DNA of 64,000 nt from Candidatus Altimarinota bacterium (GTDB lineage Bacteria > Patescibacteriota > Gracilibacteria > JBDHUY01). The stretch covers positions 32,347 through 96,346 of the forward strand of contig JBDHUY010000009.1 of assembly GCA_039809385.1 (NCBI GenBank), read 5' to 3'. The notes beneath the pieces were generated by a model. That model did not search any database, was not told the DNA's origin, and worked only from the letters and a program-made list of their open reading frames with translations. Positions 10,168 through 20,797 of this stretch are shown piece after piece. Numbering within the stretch: position 1 is the first letter of the stretch; each line of letters starts with the position of its first letter. Made by a program: the position numbers and the translations under genes.

Positions 10168-11238
10168 TCAGGCAGCCTGGTCGACTCTGACCATATCCGG
10201 AGAGACCATCTCAGCCGATTCGCGAGTCGCGATAGGAATAATCCGTTCCCGGATTTCTTCCTCAGTCAGCGTTTCCAGACTTTCTCCAGGACGAAGACAC
10301 AGCACGGGACATTCAGCTGTAAATATCGAATATACATGTTGTGCCCCCTTTCCTGTGGCATAATCGAAATCTTCTTTGGATGGCTGAAAACGTAATTCCA
10401 CCCAAGAAGGAACATCAATCTCTCCTGCAGGTCTGACAAATTCCGGGCGAGGATTGACCGGGTTAGTACCGGAAGCAAGACTTAGTTTAGTTTTTACCGG
10501 AGGGAGAGATACGATACCTCCTTCTCCAGAGTCGGAAAGATTGAAAGGTCGCAGAAGTATGGCGCTACACAAATACCCTACCGGCAGTGGTTCTGGAATG
10601 ACGATAGAAATAGCATCACGGGAACAAGTCTTCAGCAAAGTTTCCACTGTCTCACGTCCATCGATATCCGATTGCATCAGAAAGTCAGGCACAAATTTAC
10701 CGGATGTATGCTCCTGAGTATATCGATTTCCCTCAGCTAGCAAAGACAATACAGACTTCAATTGTTCATACTCGGGCATGGGCAGTCGGGTAGGAATTTT
10801 TCTTATAACTTCGGGAGTAAGTCTTTTTTCTGTCGCAATACGAGACAAGGTCTCCGGAAATTTTGCCAAAAGTGTACGACGTTCTATTTCTTCAACGGAA
10901 AGTTCAGCAGGGATTCTTTCTTTCGCCTCAACTTGATCAGCAAAAGATAGACCACTTGCAGCAACTCCTACCGCTCCTACTGCTAATTTTTTTAAAGCAT
11001 GTCGTCTACTTGGAGTAAATTCTGAGATAGAAGGTTTTAAGGAAGCAAGCGTCAAACGGACATGAGCTTGATAAAATCTCGAGAACCGACCTCTAAAAGA
11101 GCCAATATGTCCCTTTATAACGTCAGCCTTTTCTCTGAGAGCAGTACTACCTTTATTAAAAACGGCAGTACCTTGATCGACCATCTTTCTCCCTTTAGCC
11201 TGAAAATCAGCATGGAACTCTTTGAGGGTCTGGCTCAT
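10168..11238 (-). CDS. Hypothetical protein with an internal twin-arginine-like signal/TM segment
   Basis: 356-aa ORF; SRRHALKKLAVGAVGVAASGLSFADQVEA at about residues 77-105. Confidence 0.7.
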   Translation of the reverse strand: MSQTLKEFHADFQAKGRKMVDQGTAVFNKGSTALREKADVIKGHIGSFRGRFSRFYQAHVRLTLASLKPSISEFTPSRRHALKKLAVGAVGVAASGLSFADQVEAKERIPAELSVEEIERRTLLAKFPETLSRIATEKRLTPEVIRKIPTRLPMPEYEQLKSVLSLLAEGNRYTQEHTSGKFVPDFLMQSDIDGRETVETLLKTCSRDAISIVIPEPLPVGYLCSAILLRPFNLSDSGEGGIVSLPPVKTKLSLASGTNPVNPRPEFVRPAGEIDVPSWVELRFQPSKEDFDYATGKGAQHVYSIFTAECPVLCLRPGESLETLTEEEIRERIIPIATRESAEMVSPDMVRVDQAA

Positions 11239-11606
11239 AAAATAAAGGATTACAAATTAAAAATATGCCTCCTCCTTCCTGTAATAACCGTAAAGCTGAT
11301 CTCACAATAACAGCCACTTGTCAATTTGTCCAGTTTTCGGGATAAATTTTTCATAAGAAATGTTACTCGTCTCGAATAAAAATGTAAAACATGTTACACA
11401 TCTTGTGTTGTTTTTTTCCCACGCCGAAGAGCAAAATATGCTGCACCATAAAAATAAAATAACCCCAAATTCACTTGAATCAAAATACCTGCCAATTTTA
11501 TTTGACAATCTATATTTTTCCTTCCCCGCCACTTTCGACTGGCAAACGCAGGTATATTCGTTTAAGCTGCGAATATATATCGCTTTATTCGTCACTGACA
11601 TTCACT

Positions 11607-12419
11607 GTGAACAAGCCAGCCGTCCAGATACGCAATTTAAGCTTCGGATTCAGCCAGCAGCTGCTGTTTCACCATCTCGATCTCGAGATCGCAGAGGGCG
11701 AATTCGCCGGGATAGTCGGCCCTAGCGGATCGGGCAAAACTACTTTGCTCAAAACCATGCTCGGCCTCGTCCGTGCGCCAAGAGATACCGTATTTATCCT
11801 GGGACAAGATATTCGCAAACAACTCCCCAACGGCCTCGCCTACGTCCCCCAGCGGGAAAGTATCGACTGGTTCTTTCCCGTCACTGTCGAACAAGTCGTC
11901 GCCATGGGTATCCGGGACCGGTCCAGTCACTGGCCGTGGATCTCCCTGGAAGAACGAAAGGAAATACGGAAAGTACTGAATCAACTTGAGATAGACTCCC
12001 TGGCTAAACGTCACATCCGCGAACTTTCCGGCGGACAACAACAGCGAGTCTTTTTGGCGCGGGCACTGATACACAAACCTCGCATTCTCATCCTGGACGA
12101 ACCGACCAACGGGATCGACGTCAAAACCCGCCACATGTTGCTCCATGTATTATTGGATCTGCACAAAAAAGGCATGACTATCATTCTCACCACCCACGAC
12201 CTGAATGCCGTAGCCGCCCATTTACCCCAAGTCATCTGCTTTAACGGCGGGATAATCGCCAAAGGCGCTCCTCGAGACATATTTACCGAAACCAATCTGA
12301 GTAAAACCTATGATGCCCCGCTCGAAGTCATCCGGCACACCGGCGTCATGGGAGCGGGATTGATCGTGACCGAGAAAATGCCGCATCGGCACGAGGGGGA
12401 GGGGAAGTATAAGGTATAA
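11607..12419 (+). CDS. znuC: Metal (Zn/Mn) ABC transporter ATP-binding protein, ZnuC/MntA-like
   Basis: GPSGSGKT Walker A, AYVPQR, LSGGQQQRVFLARAL, LDEP, THDL. Start estimated at GTG 11607. Confidence 0.88.
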   Translation: MNKPAVQIRNLSFGFSQQLLFHHLDLEIAEGEFAGIVGPSGSGKTTLLKTMLGLVRAPRDTVFILGQDIRKQLPNGLAYVPQRESIDWFFPVTVEQVVAMGIRDRSSHWPWISLEERKEIRKVLNQLEIDSLAKRHIRELSGGQQQRVFLARALIHKPRILILDEPTNGIDVKTRHMLLHVLLDLHKKGMTIILTTHDLNAVAAHLPQVICFNGGIIAKGAPRDIFTETNLSKTYDAPLEVIRHTGVMGAGLIVTEKMPHRHEGEGKYKV

Positions 12420-12634
12420 AGTAGTAAGTATAATGTATGAACAGCTTGAATCTACTGCTAATTCTACGCTCAGTGCAGGTCTTATCAGGGGAAAAAAGAA
12501 ACATAGCCTGGTCTGTTAATTTTGCACTTTGCATTTTGAACTTTTAATTTTGCAGCCCCATGGGTCTGCTGCGATAAATGTCCGCTGCCTCTCAATTTAT
12601 AATTCATCATTCATAATTAATAATTTCCCTTCCC

Positions 12635-13471
12635 ATGTCTCTTCTCGATCCCTTTCAATACCAGTTCTTCGTTAATGGCTTTATTGCGGCCGCCATTATC
12701 GGAGCGCTGACCGGACTGATCGGCGTCTTCGTGATTCTGCGTAAAATGAGCTATATCGGCCACGGACTGTCGCATTCGGTATTTGGCGGAGCGGTGCTAA
12801 CCTATATTCTGGGCTGGAATTTCTACCTGGGGGCAGGTATCTGGGGATTTCTGTCCGCCCTGCTTATTTTTGCAATTGGCAGGAGCAAAAAAATTGGCGC
12901 CGACGCCGCGATCGGTATCGTTACAACTGCGAGCTTCGCTCTAGGAGTAGCGATTATCAGCCGTGTACGAAATTTTACGCGCAATTTCGAAGCGGCGCTG
13001 TTCGGAAATATTTTGGGAACAACGGAGAGCGATGTGATCATCATCCTGGCGATCGCGCTCGTGGTAGGCATGATCATTTTCTTTTTCTACCGGCCTTTGT
13101 TGTTTACCAGTTTCGATCCTGAGACTGCGCATGTCTTTGGTGTACGCGAGCAACGCTATGAAATCCTGTTCGCCCTCATCTTGGCAATCACCATTATCGC
13201 CTCAATCCAGATTCTGGGAGTAACGCTCATCGCCGCCACCCTGGTTATTCCAGCCAGCATTGCCCGTATCAGCACCGACAGTTTTGGCAAAATGCTGGTC
13301 ATTTCAACGATCATCGGGAGTATCTGCGGCATAACCGGTATGTATCTGAGCTACTATCTAGATATTGCTTCCGGGGCTGCCATTGTCCTGACCGCTACCG
13401 TCTTCTTTGCCCTGGCAAGTTATCTCTTTTCCGGCAACCAGAAACCAACCGTCAACGAACACATCCACTAA
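12635..13471 (+). CDS. znuB: Metal (Zn/Mn) ABC transporter permease, ZnuB/MntB family
   Basis: LRKMSYIGHGLSHSVFGG, LFGNILG, SFDPETA and YYLDIASGAAIV motifs; multiple TM helices. Confidence 0.9.
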   Translation: MSLLDPFQYQFFVNGFIAAAIIGALTGLIGVFVILRKMSYIGHGLSHSVFGGAVLTYILGWNFYLGAGIWGFLSALLIFAIGRSKKIGADAAIGIVTTASFALGVAIISRVRNFTRNFEAALFGNILGTTESDVIIILAIALVVGMIIFFFYRPLLFTSFDPETAHVFGVREQRYEILFALILAITIIASIQILGVTLIAATLVIPASIARISTDSFGKMLVISTIIGSICGITGMYLSYYLDIASGAAIVLTATVFFALASYLFSGNQKPTVNEHIH

Positions 13472-13513
13472 GTCATTCTAAGCGAAGCGAAGAGCCCCGC
13501 AGCGAAGAATCCC
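13472..13513 (+). repeat. GTCATTCT...GAAGAATCCC palindromic (REP-like) repeat
   Basis: gtcattctaagcgaagcgaagagccccgcagcgaagaatccc; inverted relatives at 16773-16800 and 33392-33429. Confidence 0.75.
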
Positions 13514-13525
13514 GAAGACACGAGT

Positions 13526-14092
13526 CTACCGGCTTGTTGCTATCCCCTGCAACTCCTGTTTCAACTCCCGATAATTGGGAAACACCTCCCGGAGCAAGTC
13601 CCAGAATTTTTTGCTGTGGTTCATTTCTCTCAGATGACATACTTCGTGAGCCACCACATAATCTCGTAAACTGGGTGGCAGGAAAGCGACCCGGTAGTTG
13701 AAACTGAGATTTTTGGCCGTGGAACAGCTCCCCCAACGGGAACTTTGATTACGAATAGACAGTTTTTTGAAGGAGGTATTGTAAAGATGCGCGAAAAAAG
13801 CGGCCCGGGAGAGTAAAACAGCGCGGGCTTCTTCTTTTTTTTCGAGATACTCTTCCCGGCTTTGGCGAGAAGTGCTCGAGAGACGCGGCGGGAAGCGGGT
13901 CACCATATCCTTGACCCACTCGCGCTTGGAACGCAAAAAACGATTCAGGAGAAACAGCGGATAATGCTTCGGCGCAGTGAGGGACAATCCGCTGCGGGCA
14001 TTATACGATAACGTGACGCTTCTGACCCCCCTGCGCCGTACCAACCGGTATGGCAGGGGTTGGGAGAAAGATCCCAGGGAAAGAGTATGCAT
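13526..14092 (-). CDS. M48/YgjP (DUF45) family metal-dependent hydrolase
   Basis: SRWGSCS...LSFNYR...DYVVAHEVCHLREMNHSKKFW motif. Confidence 0.9.
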   Translation of the reverse strand: MHTLSLGSFSQPLPYRLVRRRGVRSVTLSYNARSGLSLTAPKHYPLFLLNRFLRSKREWVKDMVTRFPPRLSSTSRQSREEYLEKKEEARAVLLSRAAFFAHLYNTSFKKLSIRNQSSRWGSCSTAKNLSFNYRVAFLPPSLRDYVVAHEVCHLREMNHSKKFWDLLREVFPNYRELKQELQGIATSR

Positions 14093-14258
14093 AGATTGCG
14101 AGGAATAAGCCCGATGGCAAAACCAAAATAACCGCTAAAGATTACGGGAAGAAAAGGATTCTCAGCAAGAAGAAGGATTATAAAACAATGAGGAATATTT
14201 CACGATAAGTTTTTTCTTCACCTCTTACAGCTCTATACGCTTTTTCGCAAAGAAATAT

Positions 14259-14720
14259 TTAACGCATTGTTCGTTCATAACGGCCGATCAGCTCGGCGTA
14301 CCCCAGTACATGACCCTTCAATGCTTCCTCAATCTCTTTTTTAGAAGATCCGTGATGCAAAGGGAGCGTCGTATCGAGAGCATACAATTTAAAAAAATAG
14401 CGGTGCTCCCGGTCGGGAGGACAAGGACCCTGGTATTCGTTCTTCCCCAAAGTATTGCTCCCGATAATAGCCTTTGAAACGCCTTTTCCTTCTTCTATGA
14501 CCATTATATCAGGCGGAATATTAAAGACAACCCAGTGATCCCACATACCGTCGGCCCGCAAGTGTTTAGGTACATCGGGGTCATCCACCAGGAGCACCAG
14601 ACTGTGCGCATTATCCGGAACGTCTTCAAACAAAAGCGGAGGATTAATATTATCGCCGTCGCAGGTGTAGCGTAGCGGAATCAGGCCATTATGGCGAAAT
14701 GCCGGGCTGGTCAGTTGCAT
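14259..14720 (-). CDS. YbhB/YbcL (PEBP, Raf kinase inhibitor-like) family protein
   Basis: YTCDG, DDPD, WDHWVVFNIP, YQGPCPP...HRYFFKLYALD. Confidence 0.93.
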   Translation of the reverse strand: MQLTSPAFRHNGLIPLRYTCDGDNINPPLLFEDVPDNAHSLVLLVDDPDVPKHLRADGMWDHWVVFNIPPDIMVIEEGKGVSKAIIGSNTLGKNEYQGPCPPDREHRYFFKLYALDTTLPLHHGSSKKEIEEALKGHVLGYAELIGRYERTMR

Positions 14721-15225
14721 ACATTTCTAGAAGAAAAGCTGATACGAAGAGTATAGACTAACCGATCCCAAAAGCGAAGAAAACCAAACAAAATAATCCA
14801 AAAATACAAAACATACCCTGAGGAAGAATAACGAATGGATACCAAGCCGAGTTTAATAAAGAAACTCAAATCAACCCGCCGGGCGAACAAAACTCACATG
14901 GTAGAATTAACACGTGGTAGACTCTCTTCCTGTGTCTCATATGCCCAGGAAATATGCAGAGCCCCTTCAGGCGACTTTTTGAAGCAAATATTGTGTCTCT
15001 TTTCTTATTTTCGTGACCCGAGCATCCCCGGACTCCGGACGAGCCGGCGTGACAACCCCGGCGATTCTAGCGCCCTTGTCTTTCAGTCATGCTGGATTAT
15101 CCAGCATCCGGGAACACATCAAACGTATAAAACTCACGTTGTGACGAGGTCTCATAGTTAAACAGGCCGGGATTCCCCTGACGGCAGCATGTTTTGACTT
15201 TTGACTATTACGTTTTGAGATTTCT

Positions 15226-16620
15226 CTAATATATTTCCAGCAATTTCATGAGCAATCGAATGGGTGCTCCTGCCGATCCCTTGGACAACTGGTCGTGCTC
15301 GGCGACAACCATACGCGGAGCAATATCCAGATGAACCCATGGAAATTTCTTCGCAAACTGGTGCAAAAATACAGCCGCCGCAACGGACGACCCCATGAAA
15401 CGTGAAGTCAGACTGATCTGCATAAAGTCAGCAAAGCGCCCCTTGATATCTTCTTCATACTCTTCCCAAAGGGGCAAAGGCCAGACATAATCGCCACTCT
15501 GTTCTCCCAAATCCCGGAATAGTTTTTCGAGTTTCTCGTCCGGGGTAAACAAGGCGCTCGCTTTATTCCCGAACATGAGCATCGCTGCTCCGGTAAGCGT
15601 GGCGACGTCAACTACTAATCGAGGGTTATACCGTTCCGCATAGGTCAAACCGTCGGCCAGGATCACACGGCCTTCGGCGTCGGTATTGTAAATCTCGACA
15701 GTTTTGCCCGACATCATCTTGATAATATCTCCGGGACGATAACTCGATCCTGATGGCATATTTTCGACCAGCGGAATCAATCCCACGACATTTTTTTTGA
15801 GACGGATCTTCGAAGCGGCCAGCAGCGTATGAGCAACGGCAGCCCCCCCGGACATATCCATGTGCATTCCCATCAAACCGTCAAAAGGCTTGAGATTCAA
15901 ACCGCCCGAATCGAAAGTAACCCCTTTTCCTACCAGCACAATCGGTTTCTCCTTTTTGGTTCCTCCGAAATATTCCAGGATCAAGAACCGGGGCTCCTGA
16001 ACCGACCCGCGCCCAACAGCCAGAACTCCGTTCATGCCGAGTTTTTGCATTTCCTTAACCCCAAGCACCTTGGCTTTTACGGAAGTTTTACGGGCGGCAG
16101 CGATAATCTGTTTCACAAATTCTTCCGGGTATAGCTCGTTTCCGGGCATATTGCAAAGAGCACGCGAGGCATTGATTTCGGTACCGATGATCTGTCCCTG
16201 CTCAAAACCTTTTTTGATATGGGACGTAGGAACTTCGGTCACGATCACGATTTCTTCGACACTTTTCCACCCCTCTTTGGGTGGGGTTTTATATTTGGTA
16301 AAAGCAAAATTGACCATTTCGAAGTTGATTCCCATCATTTCGGCCAATTCTCGATCATCAATCTCCAAATGTGAAAACGAAAAATCGGAGAAATTGAGCG
16401 CAATACGCTGGAATTTATGTGACTTGGCCAGCGTAACAACCTTACGCAAGAAAGGAACCAGTTTACGCCTGGTCATTTTTTTGGGATCTTCCAGCCCCAG
16501 CCGGATCTCTTTCTGACCACTGGGAAGCAGCAGAACCTCAGTATCTTTGCTCTTGATTACGGTAACGAGCGCAATCTCTTTATTGGTAGGTTTTTGGGTG
16601 GAGAAGGTGATTTTTATCAT
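15226..16620 (-). CDS. pepA: Leucyl aminopeptidase (M17)
   Basis: VGKGVTFDSGG, MDMSGGAAV, NTDAEGRVILAD, DVATLTGA, WVHLDIA. Start placed at MIKITF (16620); the ORF-track extension upstream runs through repeat DNA. Confidence 0.93.
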   Translation of the reverse strand: MIKITFSTQKPTNKEIALVTVIKSKDTEVLLLPSGQKEIRLGLEDPKKMTRRKLVPFLRKVVTLAKSHKFQRIALNFSDFSFSHLEIDDRELAEMMGINFEMVNFAFTKYKTPPKEGWKSVEEIVIVTEVPTSHIKKGFEQGQIIGTEINASRALCNMPGNELYPEEFVKQIIAAARKTSVKAKVLGVKEMQKLGMNGVLAVGRGSVQEPRFLILEYFGGTKKEKPIVLVGKGVTFDSGGLNLKPFDGLMGMHMDMSGGAAVAHTLLAASKIRLKKNVVGLIPLVENMPSGSSYRPGDIIKMMSGKTVEIYNTDAEGRVILADGLTYAERYNPRLVVDVATLTGAAMLMFGNKASALFTPDEKLEKLFRDLGEQSGDYVWPLPLWEEYEEDIKGRFADFMQISLTSRFMGSSVAAAVFLHQFAKKFPWVHLDIAPRMVVAEHDQLSKGSAGAPIRLLMKLLEIY

Positions 16621-16772
16621 AGCTGATTGTTTAAACAACGGACATAAAGAAAGAAAAACTTTGTCTCTACTATACGAATGAAAATCCCAAGTTCCAAATC
16701 CAAATTTCAAATAATACGATCCAGGGGAAATGAGAGTTTTATCCTGAGATTTTGATTGTTTCAAGAGTGTCA

Positions 16773-16800
16773 GGGATTCTTCGCTTAGGCTCAGAATGAC
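16773..16800 (-). repeat. GTCATTCTGAG-type palindromic repeat
   Basis: Reverse complement is GTCATTCTGAGCCTAAGCGAAGAATCCC. Confidence 0.75.
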
Positions 16801-16896
16801 TGCAGGGTACACCATAACAATAAATCCGCCAATCCTCCCGGCCCATATCGGGGATCTTAACGTTCTGGGAGGAGCTGATTACGTACCGCGAGCATT

Positions 16897-18639
16897 TCAA
16901 AACTTCTGCGCTTGCCACATGTCATAGAAGACACCCCGCCGCGCCAACAGCTCCTCGAACGAGCCCTGTTCGGCGATACGTCCCTGTTCCAGGACGATAA
17001 TTCGATCCATCTGCTGCAGGGTACTGAGGCGGTGCGCGATCACGATCGCGGTGATATCGCGAAAGACTTCGTGCAAGGCGTTCTGGATGCGTTGTTCGGA
17101 CAGAGAGTCCAGGTGCGACGTAGCCTCGTCCAGAAAAAGAATGTCGGGATCGCGAAAAACGGCGCGCGCTATGCCAACCCTCTGGCGTTCGCCGCCCGAG
17201 AGTTTGACGCCCTTCTCTCCGACCAAGGTATCGAGACCGTCTTTGAGCTTGTGCGAAAAATCGGCGACGCGGGCGATCGAAGCCGCATGTTTTATGTTAT
17301 CTTCCTGATACTGCGTGATTTGTGGAGAAAACGCAATATTCGTCTTGAGCGAAAGGTTAAAAAGCTCAATTTCCTGCGGGACATAGGCGATACGAGCCAC
17401 ATACGAGGCACGGTCGATCTCGCGTAAAGAAAGATGATCGAAGCGGACTTCTCCCTCATAACTATCGTACATTTTGAGTAAAATTTTGAACAAGGTCGAT
17501 TTGCCGGCTCCCGAAACACCAACAATTCCGATTTTTTCACCCCGGGAAAGCGAAAAGGTGAGACCGCGAAGAACATCTTTTTCACTGTAGGAAAATGCAA
17601 GATCTTGAACATGCAGCGTCTGCCAAGTAGCGGGAAAGGTAATGTTCCCGGATACTTCCAGATTCGGTTCCTGGGTAAATATTTCCTGCAGCCGTTCAAT
17701 GGCCAGTTTGGAAATGAAGAAATCGTTATAGATTTGGGAAAATTCGTAGGCGCTTTCTTCCACTTTGCTAAAATAAAATAAAACCAGCGCCACCATTCCG
17801 ACCGCAAAATATCCCTGCCAGACCTGCCAGATAGTAAATCCCAGAATCAGCGATAAGAATATTCCCTTATAGACGCTTAAAATTGCGTCCCGAAAACGCC
17901 CGTAGACAACGCGTCTGGTGATCGCATCCAGCAAAAGAGTCACTTTGTTTTCGAGAAAAACGGTTACCGATTGCATCAGACGCATCGCTTTGAGGGTAAA
18001 CAGCGTATTGAGCGATTCGAAGATGACTCCCTGTACCTCTTCTTCCCGCTCGTTCATTACCCGGGTGAGTATTCCCACTTTTCTGGTCAGAGCTAACGAC
18101 ACACCGTAAAACGAGACAAAGAAAAAGAGCAGCATGATGCCAAGGAACCAATTCGCCGTAAACAGAACAGCCATGACTAGCACGGTACTAATCACCGAAT
18201 CGAGCAGCAAATCGACATAGAGTCGTATCAAAGTTTCAAGATTGGCGCCGCCGCGATCAATTTTTTTCAATTTATTGCCACTATTTTCTTGTTCGTGCCA
18301 GGCCCAATCGAGCAAAAACAGATGTTGCAGCGCCGACACTTGCGTCCGGAAATTAACCTGAGCGGCGATATTGTACAAAAGAGATTTCCCGATATTGCGT
18401 ACGATATAATGATACAAATTGGCCAGTGTGATACCGGTAAGGAGCCAGAGTATCGCCGAATGGGAAGCGTCTATCATATCGGCCCCCAGAAGCGTAATGA
18501 TCTGTCCGATCATGATCGGGATAGTCAATTTGACCACATCGCTGCTGCCTCTGATGAGCGTTCCCAGAATGAACCTGGTACGGTAAGGACGCAGATAGTA
18601 CCACATATCTTTGATCAAGTGCCAATTCGTATAGTGCAT
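16897..18639 (-). CDS. ABC exporter, fused permease and ATP-binding (MdlB/MsbA-like)
   Basis: N-terminal TM domain; GVSGAGKS, LSGGERQRVGIAR, LDEATSHLD, IAHRLST. Start estimated at MHYTNWH. Confidence 0.9.
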   Translation of the reverse strand: MHYTNWHLIKDMWYYLRPYRTRFILGTLIRGSSDVVKLTIPIMIGQIITLLGADMIDASHSAILWLLTGITLANLYHYIVRNIGKSLLYNIAAQVNFRTQVSALQHLFLLDWAWHEQENSGNKLKKIDRGGANLETLIRLYVDLLLDSVISTVLVMAVLFTANWFLGIMLLFFFVSFYGVSLALTRKVGILTRVMNEREEEVQGVIFESLNTLFTLKAMRLMQSVTVFLENKVTLLLDAITRRVVYGRFRDAILSVYKGIFLSLILGFTIWQVWQGYFAVGMVALVLFYFSKVEESAYEFSQIYNDFFISKLAIERLQEIFTQEPNLEVSGNITFPATWQTLHVQDLAFSYSEKDVLRGLTFSLSRGEKIGIVGVSGAGKSTLFKILLKMYDSYEGEVRFDHLSLREIDRASYVARIAYVPQEIELFNLSLKTNIAFSPQITQYQEDNIKHAASIARVADFSHKLKDGLDTLVGEKGVKLSGGERQRVGIARAVFRDPDILFLDEATSHLDSLSEQRIQNALHEVFRDITAIVIAHRLSTLQQMDRIIVLEQGRIAEQGSFEELLARRGVFYDMWQAQKF

Positions 18640-18971
18640 AAAAGGAATAAGTAAAAAAGAGCCGCCCGGTGGCAAGAAGCGTACCGGACAAATATAAACG
18701 GCAAAGAATGAGGTGTTATAGTTGTAAACGTATCCGTTAGCGATTTGTTTCAACAAATGCAAAAAAACAACCGAACGAGGACGGACGATCTTTTCTTTTG
18801 AAATCAACCGGGATCATGACATTGTGGCAAGGAAATGCGTACACCAGCAATCATGGTTGCGCCGCAGAGCTCGTCCGGTTAAAACTCAACCGCTAATTTT
18901 TGAACGTCCAGTAAGGGAATGTTGATACGAAGCCGGTTTCGATTTTTTCGAGAACAGACTCTGAGTTTCTG

Positions 18972-19955
18972 TCACGCTTCCATGCGTTGTTTTAAAAAGA
19001 TCAATACGTCGCCGTTTTTGAGCATAAGCGGTGTGTCGTCAAAATGAATTTCGTAACGATTGTGGTCGAACCGGTACCACGAAATCAGACGCGCTCCTTC
19101 TTTTTTTTGGATCTGTTCGACCGTATGCGGTTTTACAACATACGGGTGTTCTCCGGTCAAGACAATCTCTTCGACCCGCATCGTGGCATGGTTCTGATAC
19201 AACATTTTGTCCAGGAAACGCACGACTTCGGGCCGTACGACCAGACTAGCCAGTCGCATTCCTCCCAGGCGATAGGGGTTGACGATTTCGTCGACACCGG
19301 CACGGATCAGGTTTTTGCGCGACGATTCTTCTTTGAGCCGAGCAACAATGGTCAAATGCGGGTTGAGTTCGCGGGCATTCATGACCAGAAAGACGTTTTC
19401 GTGATCACTGCTTAAACAGGCGATAAGAGCTTTGGCCCGCTCCACATGGACTTTTTTGAGTGTTTTCTCGTCCGTGGCGTCGCCGACGATACTAAGCAAG
19501 GCGAGACCGTTCGAGCAAGTACGAAGGCGTTCTTCGTTTCTATCGATCAGTACAAACGGCTGTTTGATGGCGCTCAGTTCGTTAAGAATTCCGATAGAGG
19601 TATCGCTGGCTCCGCATACGATCACATGGTCTTTCAGATCTTCGATTCGTTGTTGCATGGCACGTGAGTTGAGAAAAGAGGTAAATTGACCCTTGAGAAA
19701 GAATGACGTAATGCTGCTCACGGTGTAGGTAATAGTTCCGATACCGAAAGCGATCAGAAAAATAGTAAAAATACGTCCGGATTGGGATAGCGGATGGACT
19801 TCGCCATAACCGATAGTCGTGAGCGTGATCGTGGTCATGAACAATGCGTCCAGAAAATGCCAGTGTTCGATCAGCATATAGCCGGATACGCCGACAGCCA
19901 CGACCAGCAACAGCAGTAAGACATCAAACAAAACCGTATTTCGAAAACGCAGCAT
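18972..19955 (-). CDS. Potassium channel protein with TrkA-N (RCK) domain
   Basis: TLTTIGYGE selectivity filter, HVIVCG, GDATDE, ARELNP. Confidence 0.92.
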   Translation of the reverse strand: MLRFRNTVLFDVLLLLLVVAVGVSGYMLIEHWHFLDALFMTTITLTTIGYGEVHPLSQSGRIFTIFLIAFGIGTITYTVSSITSFFLKGQFTSFLNSRAMQQRIEDLKDHVIVCGASDTSIGILNELSAIKQPFVLIDRNEERLRTCSNGLALLSIVGDATDEKTLKKVHVERAKALIACLSSDHENVFLVMNARELNPHLTIVARLKEESSRKNLIRAGVDEIVNPYRLGGMRLASLVVRPEVVRFLDKMLYQNHATMRVEEIVLTGEHPYVVKPHTVEQIQKKEGARLISWYRFDHNRYEIHFDDTPLMLKNGDVLIFLKQRMEA

Positions 19956-20103
19956 AGGTAATTTTTAGCCTGGTCAGTGTAGCAAGACTGCTCATTACAT
20001 GCAAAAGAAAGAGCAAACCAGCTTAATTTGATATATTTATATTTTTATTTTATAATATATAGATGATCAGTAAAATCGTTTTATTACCATATTAGTTGAT
20101 TGC

Positions 20104-20466
20104 ATGTTGTTTGAATCAGAAGGAAGAGTTTCTAGGGAGGAGATAAACTTACAAAGCACTGTTAGACAATACCATTCTCTAAATAAAGGCAGTTTAGAGA
20201 AAGAAATTCAGTCTTTATCGGCAGATTTAAGAAGTTTCAAGAGTTCTTATCCTGCCATTGTTCCTGTCTTGGAAAGAGAAGATATCATTACTGAAACTGT
20301 CCACTTCGTCAAAATACTAAGAGCCGACCTGCCGATTGACACCGTTACTATCGAAAGATCCCATATGGATCCGGATAATCTACCAGTCTATGCTGTAACA
20401 GAGGTACGATTCATACAAAAGGCACCGACACTTAAAAAAAACAGCTGGGCAACTACAGAAAGGTGA
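20104..20466 (+). CDS. Hypothetical protein
   Basis: 120-aa ORF after an AT-rich promoter-like region; co-oriented with nrnA. Confidence 0.55.
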   Translation: MLFESEGRVSREEINLQSTVRQYHSLNKGSLEKEIQSLSADLRSFKSSYPAIVPVLEREDIITETVHFVKILRADLPIDTVTIERSHMDPDNLPVYAVTEVRFIQKAPTLKKNSWATTER

Positions 20467-20470
20467 ATCT

Positions 20471-20797
20471 TTGAGTCCCGCTTTCAAGGAATTCATAAAA
20501 AAGAAGCTTGAGGAAATCCTTAATCGTAACTTTCAGAAAAAGATAGCTGGAGATCCACTAAACATGGAAAGACAAAATGTAGGCGGACTACTGGTACCTG
20601 CTCGGCAAGCACAACGACAAGGGCCAAACATGTTTTCAAAACAAGAACTTATCGATACGTTAGAAGGAATCACGGAACGACTAAGCCCGGATCAGGATGA
20701 ACAAAGAATACTCAGCTTATTTAGAGAAAAGGAAATAGGACTGGCTTGTGCCCAGTTTGCCCTTCATTTACGAAATACCAGTAACACCAACTCATGA
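20471..20797 (+). CDS. Hypothetical protein
   Basis: 108-aa ORF whose stop overlaps the nrnA start (ATGA). Confidence 0.5.
   Translation: MSPAFKEFIKKKLEEILNRNFQKKIAGDPLNMERQNVGGLLVPARQAQRQGPNMFSKQELIDTLEGITERLSPDQDEQRILSLFREKEIGLACAQFALHLRNTSNTNS

Noticed and set aside
11355-11403. Possible Zur/Fur-type operator upstream of znuC (aatgtaaaacatgttacacat)
   Set aside because: Imperfect AT-rich palindrome about 200 nt from the start, with no regulator in the window; not distinguishable from chance.
14835-15225. Possible structured ncRNA or 108-aa ORF
   Set aside because: No tmRNA, RNase P, SRP or tRNA hallmarks recognised; the hairpins match the dispersed GTCA-type palindromes and the ORF has no protein-like features.
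16621-16815. N-terminal extension of PepA given by the ORF track
   Set aside because: It is a translation of the GTCATTCTGAG repeat and a heptameric tract, not coding sequence.
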